A DNA stretch of 64,000 bases from Desulfuromonadales bacterium (GTDB taxonomy: Bacteria; Desulfobacterota; Desulfuromonadia; Desulfuromonadales; SZUA-540). This document shows, in pieces, positions 48,803 through 56,884 of this stretch. Within the stretch, counting starts at the first letter, position 1. Every line of letters begins with the position of its first letter. A program made the translations under genes and the position numbers. The stretch is from the NCBI GenBank assembly GCA_033549025.1, contig JAWSUS010000003.1, positions 137,207 to 201,206 on the forward strand, given 5' to 3'. The notes below the pieces were generated by a model. It saw only the letters and a program-made list of their open reading frames with translations. It made no database searches and was not told where the DNA came from.

Positions 48803-48875
48803 TTCTTTTCAAAAAGCCAAAAAATAACGCTCGTAAGTTCCTGTTTTTACTGTATTTTTATTGGCTAAAAACGGA

Positions 48876-48939
48876 CTTCAAAACCGGTGGGGGGCGTATC
48901 CCGTCCCCGGTGGGTTCGATTCCCATCTGCTCCCGCCAA
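48876..48939 (+). repeat. attR core (duplicated 3' part of tRNA-Sec)
   Basis: 64-bp identity with 45339-45402; lacks the 5' part of the tRNA. Confidence 0.95.
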
Positions 48940-48945
48940 ACAGAG

Positions 48946-48984
48946 AAAGAGGGCTGTACCCCAACGGGTGCAGCCCTCTTTTTT
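48946..48984 (+). terminator. original selC terminator, probably bidirectional
   Basis: AAAGAGGGCTGTACCC-CAAC-GGGTGCAGCCCTCTTT-TTT immediately after attR. Confidence 0.85.
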
Positions 48985-49031
48985 GTGTAAAGGGACAACC
49001 GGCATTGTCTGCCTCGGCAGGTTGATGAGGC

Positions 49032-50426
49032 TCAGGAGGATGGTGATGCGACCATCGCCGTCTGATGGGTCTGCTCGGCCAGCTGCCTGGGCGACTCCGA
49101 TGCCACCACCGGCTGGGCAATGCGCTGGGAGGGAACCTCCATCAGAGCCACTACCTCATTGACCCGTTCGGTGAACTGGGCCAGCTTGCCTTTGGGCACG
49201 GCCGAGGCCATGGGGATGCTGGCCGTAAGGGGATTGACCGGACGGCCCTTGGTGTGCAGCTCGAAATGCAGGTGAGGCCCGGTGGAGCGACCGGTGTTGC
49301 CCGAAAGAGCGATGCGTTGACCCCGCTGCACTGTCTGCCCCCGCCTAACGAGAGACCGACTCAGGTGCAGGTAGCGGGTGGTGTAATGGCTGCCGTGCTG
49401 GATTTCGACGTATTTGCCGGCAAAGGGGTGATTCTGCACACGGGTGACCACACCATCGCCCGTGGCCAGCACCGGTGTGCCGGTGGGCATGGCGAAATCG
49501 ACACCGTTATGGGGGGACACTCGTCCAGTGACCGGATGACGGCGGGTCCGACTGAAGGCAGAGCTGACACGATACTGGCCCTGTGTGGGATAACGCCTGA
49601 AGGCGCGGGCCAGGCTTTCCCCCTTGTGATCGTAATAGTTGCCGTCCTCGAAGAGAAACGCGCTGTAAAGCCGCTTGCCCCGAAAGATGCGCACCCCTTC
49701 GATACGGCTCTGACCCGTCCATTCCCCGTTGACGAACTGCTGGCTGCGCACGACCTGAAAGGTGTCGCCGGCGCGGATATCCCGGGCAAAGTTGAGTTGG
49801 TCACGAAAGAGATCGGCAATATTCACCGTTTCGTTTTCGCTCAGGCCGACATTCTTGGCCGACAGATAAAAACTGCCGTTGATGGTGCCGTCCAGAAACT
49901 CCGGCATCCATTCACCCGGCAGGACGATCTCCTCGTAATCAAAGGTCGCTCCATCCACGCGGTGATACATCACCCTCTTACCCGGGTGGATATAAAGCTC
50001 CATGTTGGCCAGCTCGCCGGATTCCTCGTCGAGGGTAAAAGTCAGCCGATTGCCGGGGCGCAGGGTATCGAGAGCCAGCAGCTGTTCATCGGCGGCCAGA
50101 ATCTGATACATGGTGCTCTGACCTATCCCCAGCAGGTCGAAGATCGAACTCAGGGTGTCGCCGGGCGCGATATCACGGCTGCGGATATGATCCGGCACCG
50201 GCGGCTGTGCCGGGGCCTCGACAATCGAAGTTGGCGACAGGACAGGGGAGCTGACGTCAAACCCAGGGCCGGGAAGAGCAGAGGATGAAGAACGGGGCAG
50301 CGCCGTCAGCAGGAGACCTGGCACAGCCAGAAAAAAAAGGACGGCGGCAAGCTGCAGTCGGCGCTTGCGGCGCCTGCGGCGGCGCTGCTCTTGAGTTGTC
50401 AACCAGATAGCGTTCATAAACGACAT
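49032..50426 (-). CDS. M23 family murein DD-endopeptidase (MepM-like)
   Basis: HNGVD, HLHFE, GNTGRSTGPH; LysM-like GDTLSSIF; N-terminal TM after an Arg-rich stretch; start uncertain (50417 or 50426). Confidence 0.9.
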   Translation of the reverse strand: MSFMNAIWLTTQEQRRRRRRKRRLQLAAVLFFLAVPGLLLTALPRSSSSALPGPGFDVSSPVLSPTSIVEAPAQPPVPDHIRSRDIAPGDTLSSIFDLLGIGQSTMYQILAADEQLLALDTLRPGNRLTFTLDEESGELANMELYIHPGKRVMYHRVDGATFDYEEIVLPGEWMPEFLDGTINGSFYLSAKNVGLSENETVNIADLFRDQLNFARDIRAGDTFQVVRSQQFVNGEWTGQSRIEGVRIFRGKRLYSAFLFEDGNYYDHKGESLARAFRRYPTQGQYRVSSAFSRTRRHPVTGRVSPHNGVDFAMPTGTPVLATGDGVVTRVQNHPFAGKYVEIQHGSHYTTRYLHLSRSLVRRGQTVQRGQRIALSGNTGRSTGPHLHFELHTKGRPVNPLTASIPMASAVPKGKLAQFTERVNEVVALMEVPSQRIAQPVVASESPRQLAEQTHQTAMVASPSS

Positions 50427-50706
50427 AACACCGTTGGGGTATGGTGAGCCCGGGTTTGCATATTGGGAAACCCGGGCAAGAAAACTTGTTCGTTTTTGCC
50501 CTATCTGGACACCAAATGTCAACCCCGAGACGCAGCGTACCGGAATTTTTCCTCTAAAAATCGCGGATGTCGCTGGCCGTTCGGCAGACTAAAAGCGATG
50601 TGATATGCTATGAAGCATTGTTGTTTGACCCCGTTTTTTTACATGAGATACGGATATCTTTTCTTTAAGGGCAAACAGACTCTTCAACCCTTTCCAGGAG
50701 ATCCTC

Positions 50707-51444
50707 ATGCGCCGATCCTTTTTACTCAGCCTGTGTTCCCTTATCCTGCTTGCGCTTCTGGCCGGCTGCGCGGAAATGACGGGCGGCGAGTTGGCCGGCA
50801 ACGTACTGCGGGCTCTGTCGACCAACGGCGCCGGCAGCGATATGGACGAAGCCACCATCGCCGCCGGGCTCAAGGAAGCCCTCACGGTCGGTTCCGAACG
50901 AGCCGTCGCCGCCACTTCCCAGCCCGACGGTTTCTGGGGCAACCAGCTCATTCGCATCGCCATGCCGCCCGAACTGACCACCATGGCCACCACCCTGCGG
51001 ACTATCGGTTTCGCCAACCAGGTCGACGCCATGGAGCTGGCCATGAACCGCGCCGCCGAGAACGCCGCCGCCGAAGCCAAACCCGTTTTGCTCAATGCCG
51101 TCTCCCGTATGACCCTCAGCGACGCCCTCGGCATTCTGCGTGGTGGCGACACCGCCGCGACCGACTACTTTCGGGCGCAAACCTCCGACGAACTGCACGG
51201 GCGTTTTTTGCCCATCATTCAGGCTAAGATGGGCGAAGTGGGCCTTTACCAGCAGTACAACCAGCTCATGACGACCTACAACGCTCTTCCCCTGACGCCC
51301 AAATCCAATTTCAATCTCGACGATTATGTTGCCGAGCAGGGGCTGAACGGCCTTTTCACCATGCTGGCCGCCGAGGAAAAGGAGATCCGCGCCAACCCCG
51401 CCGCCCGCACCACCGACCTGCTGAAAAGGGTCTTTGCCCGTTAA
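50707..51444 (+). CDS. DUF4197-family lipoprotein
   Basis: Lipobox LAGC; GLKEAL.VG, MNRAAE.A, DA.GIL.GGD.AAT.YF, EEK.IR.NP.ARTT.LL..VF. Confidence 0.85.
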   Translation: MRRSFLLSLCSLILLALLAGCAEMTGGELAGNVLRALSTNGAGSDMDEATIAAGLKEALTVGSERAVAATSQPDGFWGNQLIRIAMPPELTTMATTLRTIGFANQVDAMELAMNRAAENAAAEAKPVLLNAVSRMTLSDALGILRGGDTAATDYFRAQTSDELHGRFLPIIQAKMGEVGLYQQYNQLMTTYNALPLTPKSNFNLDDYVAEQGLNGLFTMLAAEEKEIRANPAARTTDLLKRVFAR

Positions 51445-51480
51445 GGGTGCCGACACCAGCAGCTCTTCCCACCTTTACAT

Positions 51481-51525
51481 AAATTTGGCCCCCTGCATGC
51501 GCCAAGGCATGAGGGGGCCAAATTT
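51481..51525. terminator. bidirectional terminator between the DUF4197 gene and the reductase operon
   Basis: AAATTTGGCCCCCT...AGGGGGCCAAATTT inverted repeat. Confidence 0.8.
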
Positions 51526-51557
51526 TTACGCAGACATAGCAGACGGTGCTAACGACC

Positions 51558-54500
51558 TCAGGCCGACAGCTTGCGAATGCGCACCGGAATCACCTGACGT
51601 GAGTTGGAGCCGACGGCAAAGTCGGACAGGGCAATCCGTCCAGGCCGATCGGGATCGGCAAAGCCCAGCAGGTTGATACAGGCGCCGCTCTTGCGGAAGC
51701 GCAGCCCCTCCAGGGTCTCCTGGCCGATCTGCACGGTTATCGCCCCTTCGCCGCTGCGCCCGAAGCCGTGTTCGACACCGATGGCCTCCGGATGCATCCC
51801 TTCCCTCACCCGCAAAAGCCCCTCAATACGCCCGCCGGGAGAGGTCAACTCGACAACATCGCCATGAGCAAGGTCCAGGCTTTCGGCCGTGCGGGCGGCG
51901 ATGTCGATGGTACTGGTGTAGCGCAGATCCCGCAGACGAGACGAAGCCGTATTGGGGGTGGATACCACGTTGGACTTGAAGCTGAAGGCCGTCAACGGGT
52001 ACTCGATACGGGGATAGCGTTTGGCCAGAGGCTCGCCTTTGACCAGGCGCGCCGCATAAAAAGTGGGCACGCCACTGTATTTTTCCGCCGTCAGGGCGCT
52101 GCGGCTGGTGCCGACGATCTCGTTGTAGACGCTGACCATCCCCCCATACTTCTTGGCCAGATGAGCCCCCTTGTAGGCTCCTTCCTTTCCTTCGAAGCGG
52201 CCGCCACGGGCCATAACGTAGGCGACCTTGCGCCAGTTTTGCGGGCTGACCCGGCGCAGGCGCGGCACATAGTCCTGCAGGCCGGCCAGGCGGATCTCCT
52301 CATCATCGGCATCGGGCACCGGTTTGCCGTCCAGGGCAACATTCTCGAAGAGGCGCAGATAGAAGTCTTCGGGACGCTCCAGCGGGTGCAGGCTGCCGTC
52401 GGCGGCCTTGATGGCCTTGGGGCCGAACCCGGGGAGACCGAGCTTCTTGCCGACTTCGATAACGAAACTGTCCATGCACACCGGCTCGCCGTTGGCGAAG
52501 GCCACCTGACGCGGCGCTACCACGGGGTAACGCACGGCGTTGGTCTTAGTCAGCCAGGCCCCCCAGGGATTGAGCTCGCCCCAGGTTTCGTAGAGCACGC
52601 TGTCGGGGACGATGTAATCGGCCAGTCGGGAAGATTCGTTGATAAAGGGGTCTATTGCAATAATCAGGGGGATGGAGGCCTTGGGGTCCTTGAGGGCTTC
52701 AGTCAAGGTGTTCTCCCCGCCCGATTCACCATAGACGAAGTTGGCGTTCCAGCTGATGAGCGCCTTGAGCGGATAGGGATAACGATTGATGGAGCCGGTG
52801 ATCAGCCCCGTCTCGATGGCGTTGGTAAACGGATACCACTGATCCTTGGCTGGATAGGGCTGGCCGGCCGCCTGATTCCGTTTGAACTCGCTGGTCTTTT
52901 CATAGGCGATGCGGGTTCGATCGATGCGGATGCCGGGTTGCTTGGGCTTACCGGGATAAGCCGTGAGATCGTAGGCGGCACCCTTCATATCCTTGAACTT
53001 GCCGCCGCCGGCACTCATCCCCCCCTGGTAGTTGAGACTCCCCACCAGAGCGGACAAGGACAGTATGGCCCAGGTGGTGTAGAAGCCGGTGGTGTGCATG
53101 GTGTTGCCATGGCAGTCCACCGCCACTTTGCGACCGTGGCTGGTAAACTCCTGGGCCAGCTCGGCAATCTCCTCGGCCGGAATGCCCGACTCCTTGGCGT
53201 ACTCATCCAGCGTGAAGCGGAAGGCCGATTCCTTGAGCAGGGTAAAGGACGACTTCACCGCCAACGGCTCACCCCGATAGACAATCGTCTCATCCACCTC
53301 GAGGCGGGCTGCATCGACCGAATCCGCCGTCTTAAGTTGCCCATCGGCACCGTCGATGACCAGAAAGTCCTCCTTCTCAGCTTCATCGGAGGCCTTGAGC
53401 ATACGTCCTTCGAGGGGATGTCCCGGGGCGACCACCACCAGATGACTCGCATTGGTGAAGCTCGGCTCGCCCACCCGCTCCATCGCCGCCTTGCTTGGCA
53501 CACTGAGATAGGCGCTGTTGTGCCGGTTGTTGTCGATAATCCAGCGGATCATCCCCATGGCCAGGGCAAGGTCGCCGCCCGGACGGATGGGCAACCAGCG
53601 GGAGCGCTCACCGGCGGCGATGCTGTCGCTGTTGGTGAGCATGGGGGTCACGGTAACGTAATGCAGGTTGCCTTCGCTGCGGGCCCGGGCCAGCAGTTTA
53701 CCCTGGCGCTTGAAGGGATTGCCCGCCTGCCCGGGGGAGGTGCCGAAGTTGATGAGATACTCGCAGTGCTCAAAATCCGGCTTGAGATGAGGATATTTAT
53801 TGAAGTCGCTCAAAAAGGCGGCGTTGCCGGCCCGCATGGAGAGGCCGCAAATGGAGGAATGTCCCGAGAAATTTTTGCTGCCAAAGGCCTGCAGAAAGCG
53901 GAAGACCATGAAATCCTTGCGGCCTTCGTCGGTAGTCCCCAGAATGCCCAACTGGTTGGCAACGGTGCCGTATTCGGGATTGGCCGGGTCGATGGGCGTC
54001 TCCAGATCACGGATGGCCGCCAGTCCATCCACATGCCCTTCGCCAAAGAGATTGCCGCCGCCGACCACCTCTTCGATGAGCTGCTCGGGCGAGATGGGGA
54101 TCCATTTATCCTCGCCGCGTTTGCCCGCCCGCTTCAGCGGGGTGAGGACCCGGAATTTGTCGTGAATCTTATCGAAGACGACGTTGCCGCGGGCGCAGGC
54201 CGTCGAACGATTCTCCAGGCCGCTTTCGCCGTAGTTCGAGGTCCAGCGCAGACTCTCGCGCAGAGGAGTCTCATAGGGGAGCCAGGGATCGCTGGACAGA
54301 GGATGATAGGGGTTGCCGGCCGCCCGCACGACCGTGCCGCTCTTGTTGTCCAACTTGACCCGCACGCCGCACTGGGTTGTGCAGCCGATACACACGGTGC
54401 TCGCCACCGTGAAATCGGCATTGGGCTTCACCTGGCCGTCAGCGTCAATGCGCGCCTCGGGCGCGGGGGCATTGCCGTAGATGGCGTCGGGCGCCGGGTT

Positions 54501-54614
54501 GCCCCGCCGGCTCAGGCGCGCTGCCGCCGTCAGGGTGTCACTATAACCTACAGCGGCGCCGGCCGCCGTGGCCAGCCCCGTGATCTTGAGAAACTTCCGT
54601 CGGCTCTGTTTCAT
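51558..54614 (-). CDS. ttrA: molybdopterin oxidoreductase catalytic subunit, tetrathionate/selenate reductase (TtrA/SrdA-like)
   Basis: 1018 aa; Tat signal SRRKFLK; CIGCTTQCG...ACARG [4Fe-4S]; GNPYHPLS; SICGL..RAG Cys ligand; KPD, PGQAGNPFKRQ; EHGFG. Substrate not determined. Confidence 0.8.
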   Translation of the reverse strand: MKQSRRKFLKITGLATAAGAAVGYSDTLTAAARLSRRGNPAPDAIYGNAPAPEARIDADGQVKPNADFTVASTVCIGCTTQCGVRVKLDNKSGTVVRAAGNPYHPLSSDPWLPYETPLRESLRWTSNYGESGLENRSTACARGNVVFDKIHDKFRVLTPLKRAGKRGEDKWIPISPEQLIEEVVGGGNLFGEGHVDGLAAIRDLETPIDPANPEYGTVANQLGILGTTDEGRKDFMVFRFLQAFGSKNFSGHSSICGLSMRAGNAAFLSDFNKYPHLKPDFEHCEYLINFGTSPGQAGNPFKRQGKLLARARSEGNLHYVTVTPMLTNSDSIAAGERSRWLPIRPGGDLALAMGMIRWIIDNNRHNSAYLSVPSKAAMERVGEPSFTNASHLVVVAPGHPLEGRMLKASDEAEKEDFLVIDGADGQLKTADSVDAARLEVDETIVYRGEPLAVKSSFTLLKESAFRFTLDEYAKESGIPAEEIAELAQEFTSHGRKVAVDCHGNTMHTTGFYTTWAILSLSALVGSLNYQGGMSAGGGKFKDMKGAAYDLTAYPGKPKQPGIRIDRTRIAYEKTSEFKRNQAAGQPYPAKDQWYPFTNAIETGLITGSINRYPYPLKALISWNANFVYGESGGENTLTEALKDPKASIPLIIAIDPFINESSRLADYIVPDSVLYETWGELNPWGAWLTKTNAVRYPVVAPRQVAFANGEPVCMDSFVIEVGKKLGLPGFGPKAIKAADGSLHPLERPEDFYLRLFENVALDGKPVPDADDEEIRLAGLQDYVPRLRRVSPQNWRKVAYVMARGGRFEGKEGAYKGAHLAKKYGGMVSVYNEIVGTSRSALTAEKYSGVPTFYAARLVKGEPLAKRYPRIEYPLTAFSFKSNVVSTPNTASSRLRDLRYTSTIDIAARTAESLDLAHGDVVELTSPGGRIEGLLRVREGMHPEAIGVEHGFGRSGEGAITVQIGQETLEGLRFRKSGACINLLGFADPDRPGRIALSDFAVGSNSRQVIPVRIRKLSA

Positions 54615-55792
54615 GACTCCAGTTCCTTTCCGTAATGACGATCCATCTCTTCATCCCAGGGGAAGACCAGCAGGACAGCGCACAGCAGGGCCACAAAGAG
54701 CAGCCAGTTGGCCACCACCGCGCTGACGCTGCCGGCGCCGAAGAGATGGGGATGATAGCTGAGCAGCCCCGCCGTCGTCTTGCCGATGGTCTGGCCGCCG
54801 ATGACCGTGTTCCAGCGGAACAGCCAGACGCCCACCGCCGCCACCAGGCCGATGGCGACCTGCCAGGGCAGCCGCCGCCCCAGACTGGAGAAGGCGATGA
54901 CCATGGGGATCAGCAGACAGAGGACATACTCGACCCAGACGATTTCGTGGAAATGGTAGCCGAAAAAGTCCATCAGCCGATAACGTTCGTCGCTGTTGAA
55001 GGCGACGGCGAAGGTCAGCCAGAAAAAACGCACCACCAGGTCGATGATGATGGACCAGCCGAGCAGGCGGGCCAGGGCGGTCATGACCTCCCGGTCGACG
55101 CGCCCCGCCGCGGTGAAGAAACGCTGCGCCACCGGCAGCAGTACCAGCAGCAGCCCGGTACCCGAAACCATGGCCGAGGCGAGGAACAGGATGGGCATCA
55201 GCGGCGTGTGCCACAGAGGACTGGAGTGGACGACGCCGAGGATATAGCCGGTGTAGCCGTGCACGCATAGGGCCAGCGGAATGCCGACAGCGCCAAGAAT
55301 GAAGCCCAGGCGTTCATCCTTGTGTAGAGCCTCCTCCGACAGGTCGGTGCGTCCTAGGGTCATGGCTTTGAACAGGGCGCGGCTCAGGCCGCTGTTCGCC
55401 TCCTGCAGGCGCCGCACCAGAAAGGGACGGTAGAGTACCAGGGCCTCGGCCAGGATGAGGATGGGATAGGCCGCCAACAGCAGCACCCCCCATTTCATGG
55501 GCGATGTCCCGAAATTCTCCCAACCGTACAAAAAGAAGTTGATCATGCGGCCGGGCTGGCGCAGATCATCGATGAGATTCAGCGGCGCCGCCACCAGCAG
55601 CACGAAGGCGACCAGCAGGGAAAAACCGGCAATAGGCTTGAACTTCTTCATGCCGAAAACGTGAGCAAAACTCGACACGATGAAGGCGGCGGCGCTGCTG
55701 CCGGTAAACCAGAAATAGTTGGGAATATCGAGCCCCCAGGGCCGGGCCGGGGTGATCGACGCGAGGGTATTGACGGTCTGCATCATATCCAT
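54611..55792 (-). CDS. ttrC: NrfD/PsrC-family membrane anchor (TtrC/SrdC-like)
   Basis: WG..I.NYFW..G, DL.QP.R, SPM.WG, YTG, P.LFLASA..SG; multiple TM helices. Confidence 0.8.
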   Translation of the reverse strand: MDMMQTVNTLASITPARPWGLDIPNYFWFTGSSAAAFIVSSFAHVFGMKKFKPIAGFSLLVAFVLLVAAPLNLIDDLRQPGRMINFFLYGWENFGTSPMKWGVLLLAAYPILILAEALVLYRPFLVRRLQEANSGLSRALFKAMTLGRTDLSEEALHKDERLGFILGAVGIPLALCVHGYTGYILGVVHSSPLWHTPLMPILFLASAMVSGTGLLLVLLPVAQRFFTAAGRVDREVMTALARLLGWSIIIDLVVRFFWLTFAVAFNSDERYRLMDFFGYHFHEIVWVEYVLCLLIPMVIAFSSLGRRLPWQVAIGLVAAVGVWLFRWNTVIGGQTIGKTTAGLLSYHPHLFGAGSVSAVVANWLLFVALLCAVLLVFPWDEEMDRHYGKELES

Positions 55793-55804
55793 GAGAGTGT
55801 CTCC

Positions 55805-56596
55805 TTAAGCCTTGGTCGTCCACTCGGCGGCGGGCAGGCCGTCGCGCTTGCGGGCCAGATCATCCAGAATTGGCGGTCCCGGCGGTTGCGCCTGCAGCTC
55901 GCCGGCCAGCCCCCGGTAATAGGTCTGGGGACGGGTACCGGAAGCGGGGTTGAGCACCGTGCTCGGCGCGCCAGAAACCAGGCGGGACACCTCGCTTTTA
56001 GGATCGTTGAGATCACCGAAGATGCGGGCGCCGCCGACACAGGACTCGACGCAGGCCGGGAGCAATCCTTCGTCGATGCGGTGGGCGCAGTAGGTGCACT
56101 TGTCGGCGACCTGGGTCAGGGGATTGAAATAGCGCTTGTCGTAAGGGCAGGCGTTGAGGCAATAGCCGCACCCCCAGCAGATTTTGCTATCAACCACGAC
56201 GACGCCGTCCTTACGGGCGAAGGTGGCGCCGGTGGGGCAAACCGAAACGCAGGAGGGCTTTTCGCAGTGGTTGCAGAGCTGGGGCAGAAAAGCCTTGCGC
56301 ACCCGTGGGTAGCGTCCCAGCTCGTATTCCGGCACCCAGGTGCGGAAGACCCGATCGGGGATGGTGTTTTCCGCTTTGCAGGCCGCCGTGCAGGCCTGAC
56401 AACCGATGCACTTGGATAGGTCGATGACCATCCCCCAGCGTTTGCCTTCCTGCCCCACATAACGGGGATCCTTGGCGTCACGTCCGGGATTGCGGGTGGA
56501 AAAGGCCTTGGCCGGACTGGCGGTAGCCACGGTCGCGGCCGCCGCGGCCACCACCGCCCCCAGACGTTTCACGAAAATTCTTCTGACATTGGACAC
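55805..56596 (-). CDS. ttrB: four-cluster [4Fe-4S] electron-transfer subunit (TtrB/SrdB-like)
   Basis: Tat-like RRIFVK; CIGCQAC..AC, CNHC..P.C..VCP, CWGC.YC..ACPY, KCTYC...PACVE.C.GGAR. Confidence 0.85.
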   Translation of the reverse strand: MSNVRRIFVKRLGAVVAAAAATVATASPAKAFSTRNPGRDAKDPRYVGQEGKRWGMVIDLSKCIGCQACTAACKAENTIPDRVFRTWVPEYELGRYPRVRKAFLPQLCNHCEKPSCVSVCPTGATFARKDGVVVVDSKICWGCGYCLNACPYDKRYFNPLTQVADKCTYCAHRIDEGLLPACVESCVGGARIFGDLNDPKSEVSRLVSGAPSTVLNPASGTRPQTYYRGLAGELQAQPPGPPILDDLARKRDGLPAAEWTTKA

Positions 56597-56707
56597 GGGA
56601 GCCTCCTTTTCTGATCGTACGGCTAAGCAATAAGATGATGCTAATGATTATAGCGCTGTTTTTCCGGCTTGGCAGGATCTCCGGGTGTTTTCCTTACCCC
56701 CCCATTC

Positions 56708-56845
56708 ATTCAGGAGATGTGCCAGTCGGCCACCTGTTTTCAAGTTGCTGTTTTTGCGTATATTTTCTTCGAAATTTTGGTACAGCTGATTTAAACATTG
56801 CATTTTGCACTGCAATTAGGGCAGCATGACATTGCAATTTGCAAT
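56708..56845 (-). promoter_or_regulatory. putative sigma-54 promoter with IHF-like site and two enhancer boxes for the reductase operon
   Basis: TGGCAC-N5-CTGAA (56724-56709); CAAGTTGCTGTTT (56741-56753); ACATTGCAwTTTGCA at 56795 and 56829. Confidence 0.55.
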
Positions 56846-56884
56846 CCCACACCCCTTTCAGCCCGACCCCTGCGAGGCGCCTGC

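Larger units (their letters stand above)
45339..48939. mobile_element. 3.5-kb integrative element (int, repL-like, two RHH-like genes) inserted in selC
   Basis: Perfect 64-bp direct repeats at 45339-45402 and 48876-48939; tyrosine integrase next to attL; arm-type repeats inside both ends. Confidence 0.93.

Noticed and set aside
48037..48812. Short ORFs in the element's right-hand tract (65-88 aa, both strands)
   Set aside because: They overlap one another, run through hairpins and repeats, and lack recognisable motifs. A small real gene cannot be fully excluded.
48876..48939. Second tRNA-Sec gene
   Set aside because: Only the part from the anticodon loop onward is present; it is the attR duplication.
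44699..56596. Selenoprotein (in-frame UGA) in yedF or the reductase subunits
   Set aside because: The ORFs are full-length with Cys at the expected positions. The yedF TGA falls at the natural C-terminus with TAA two codons later.
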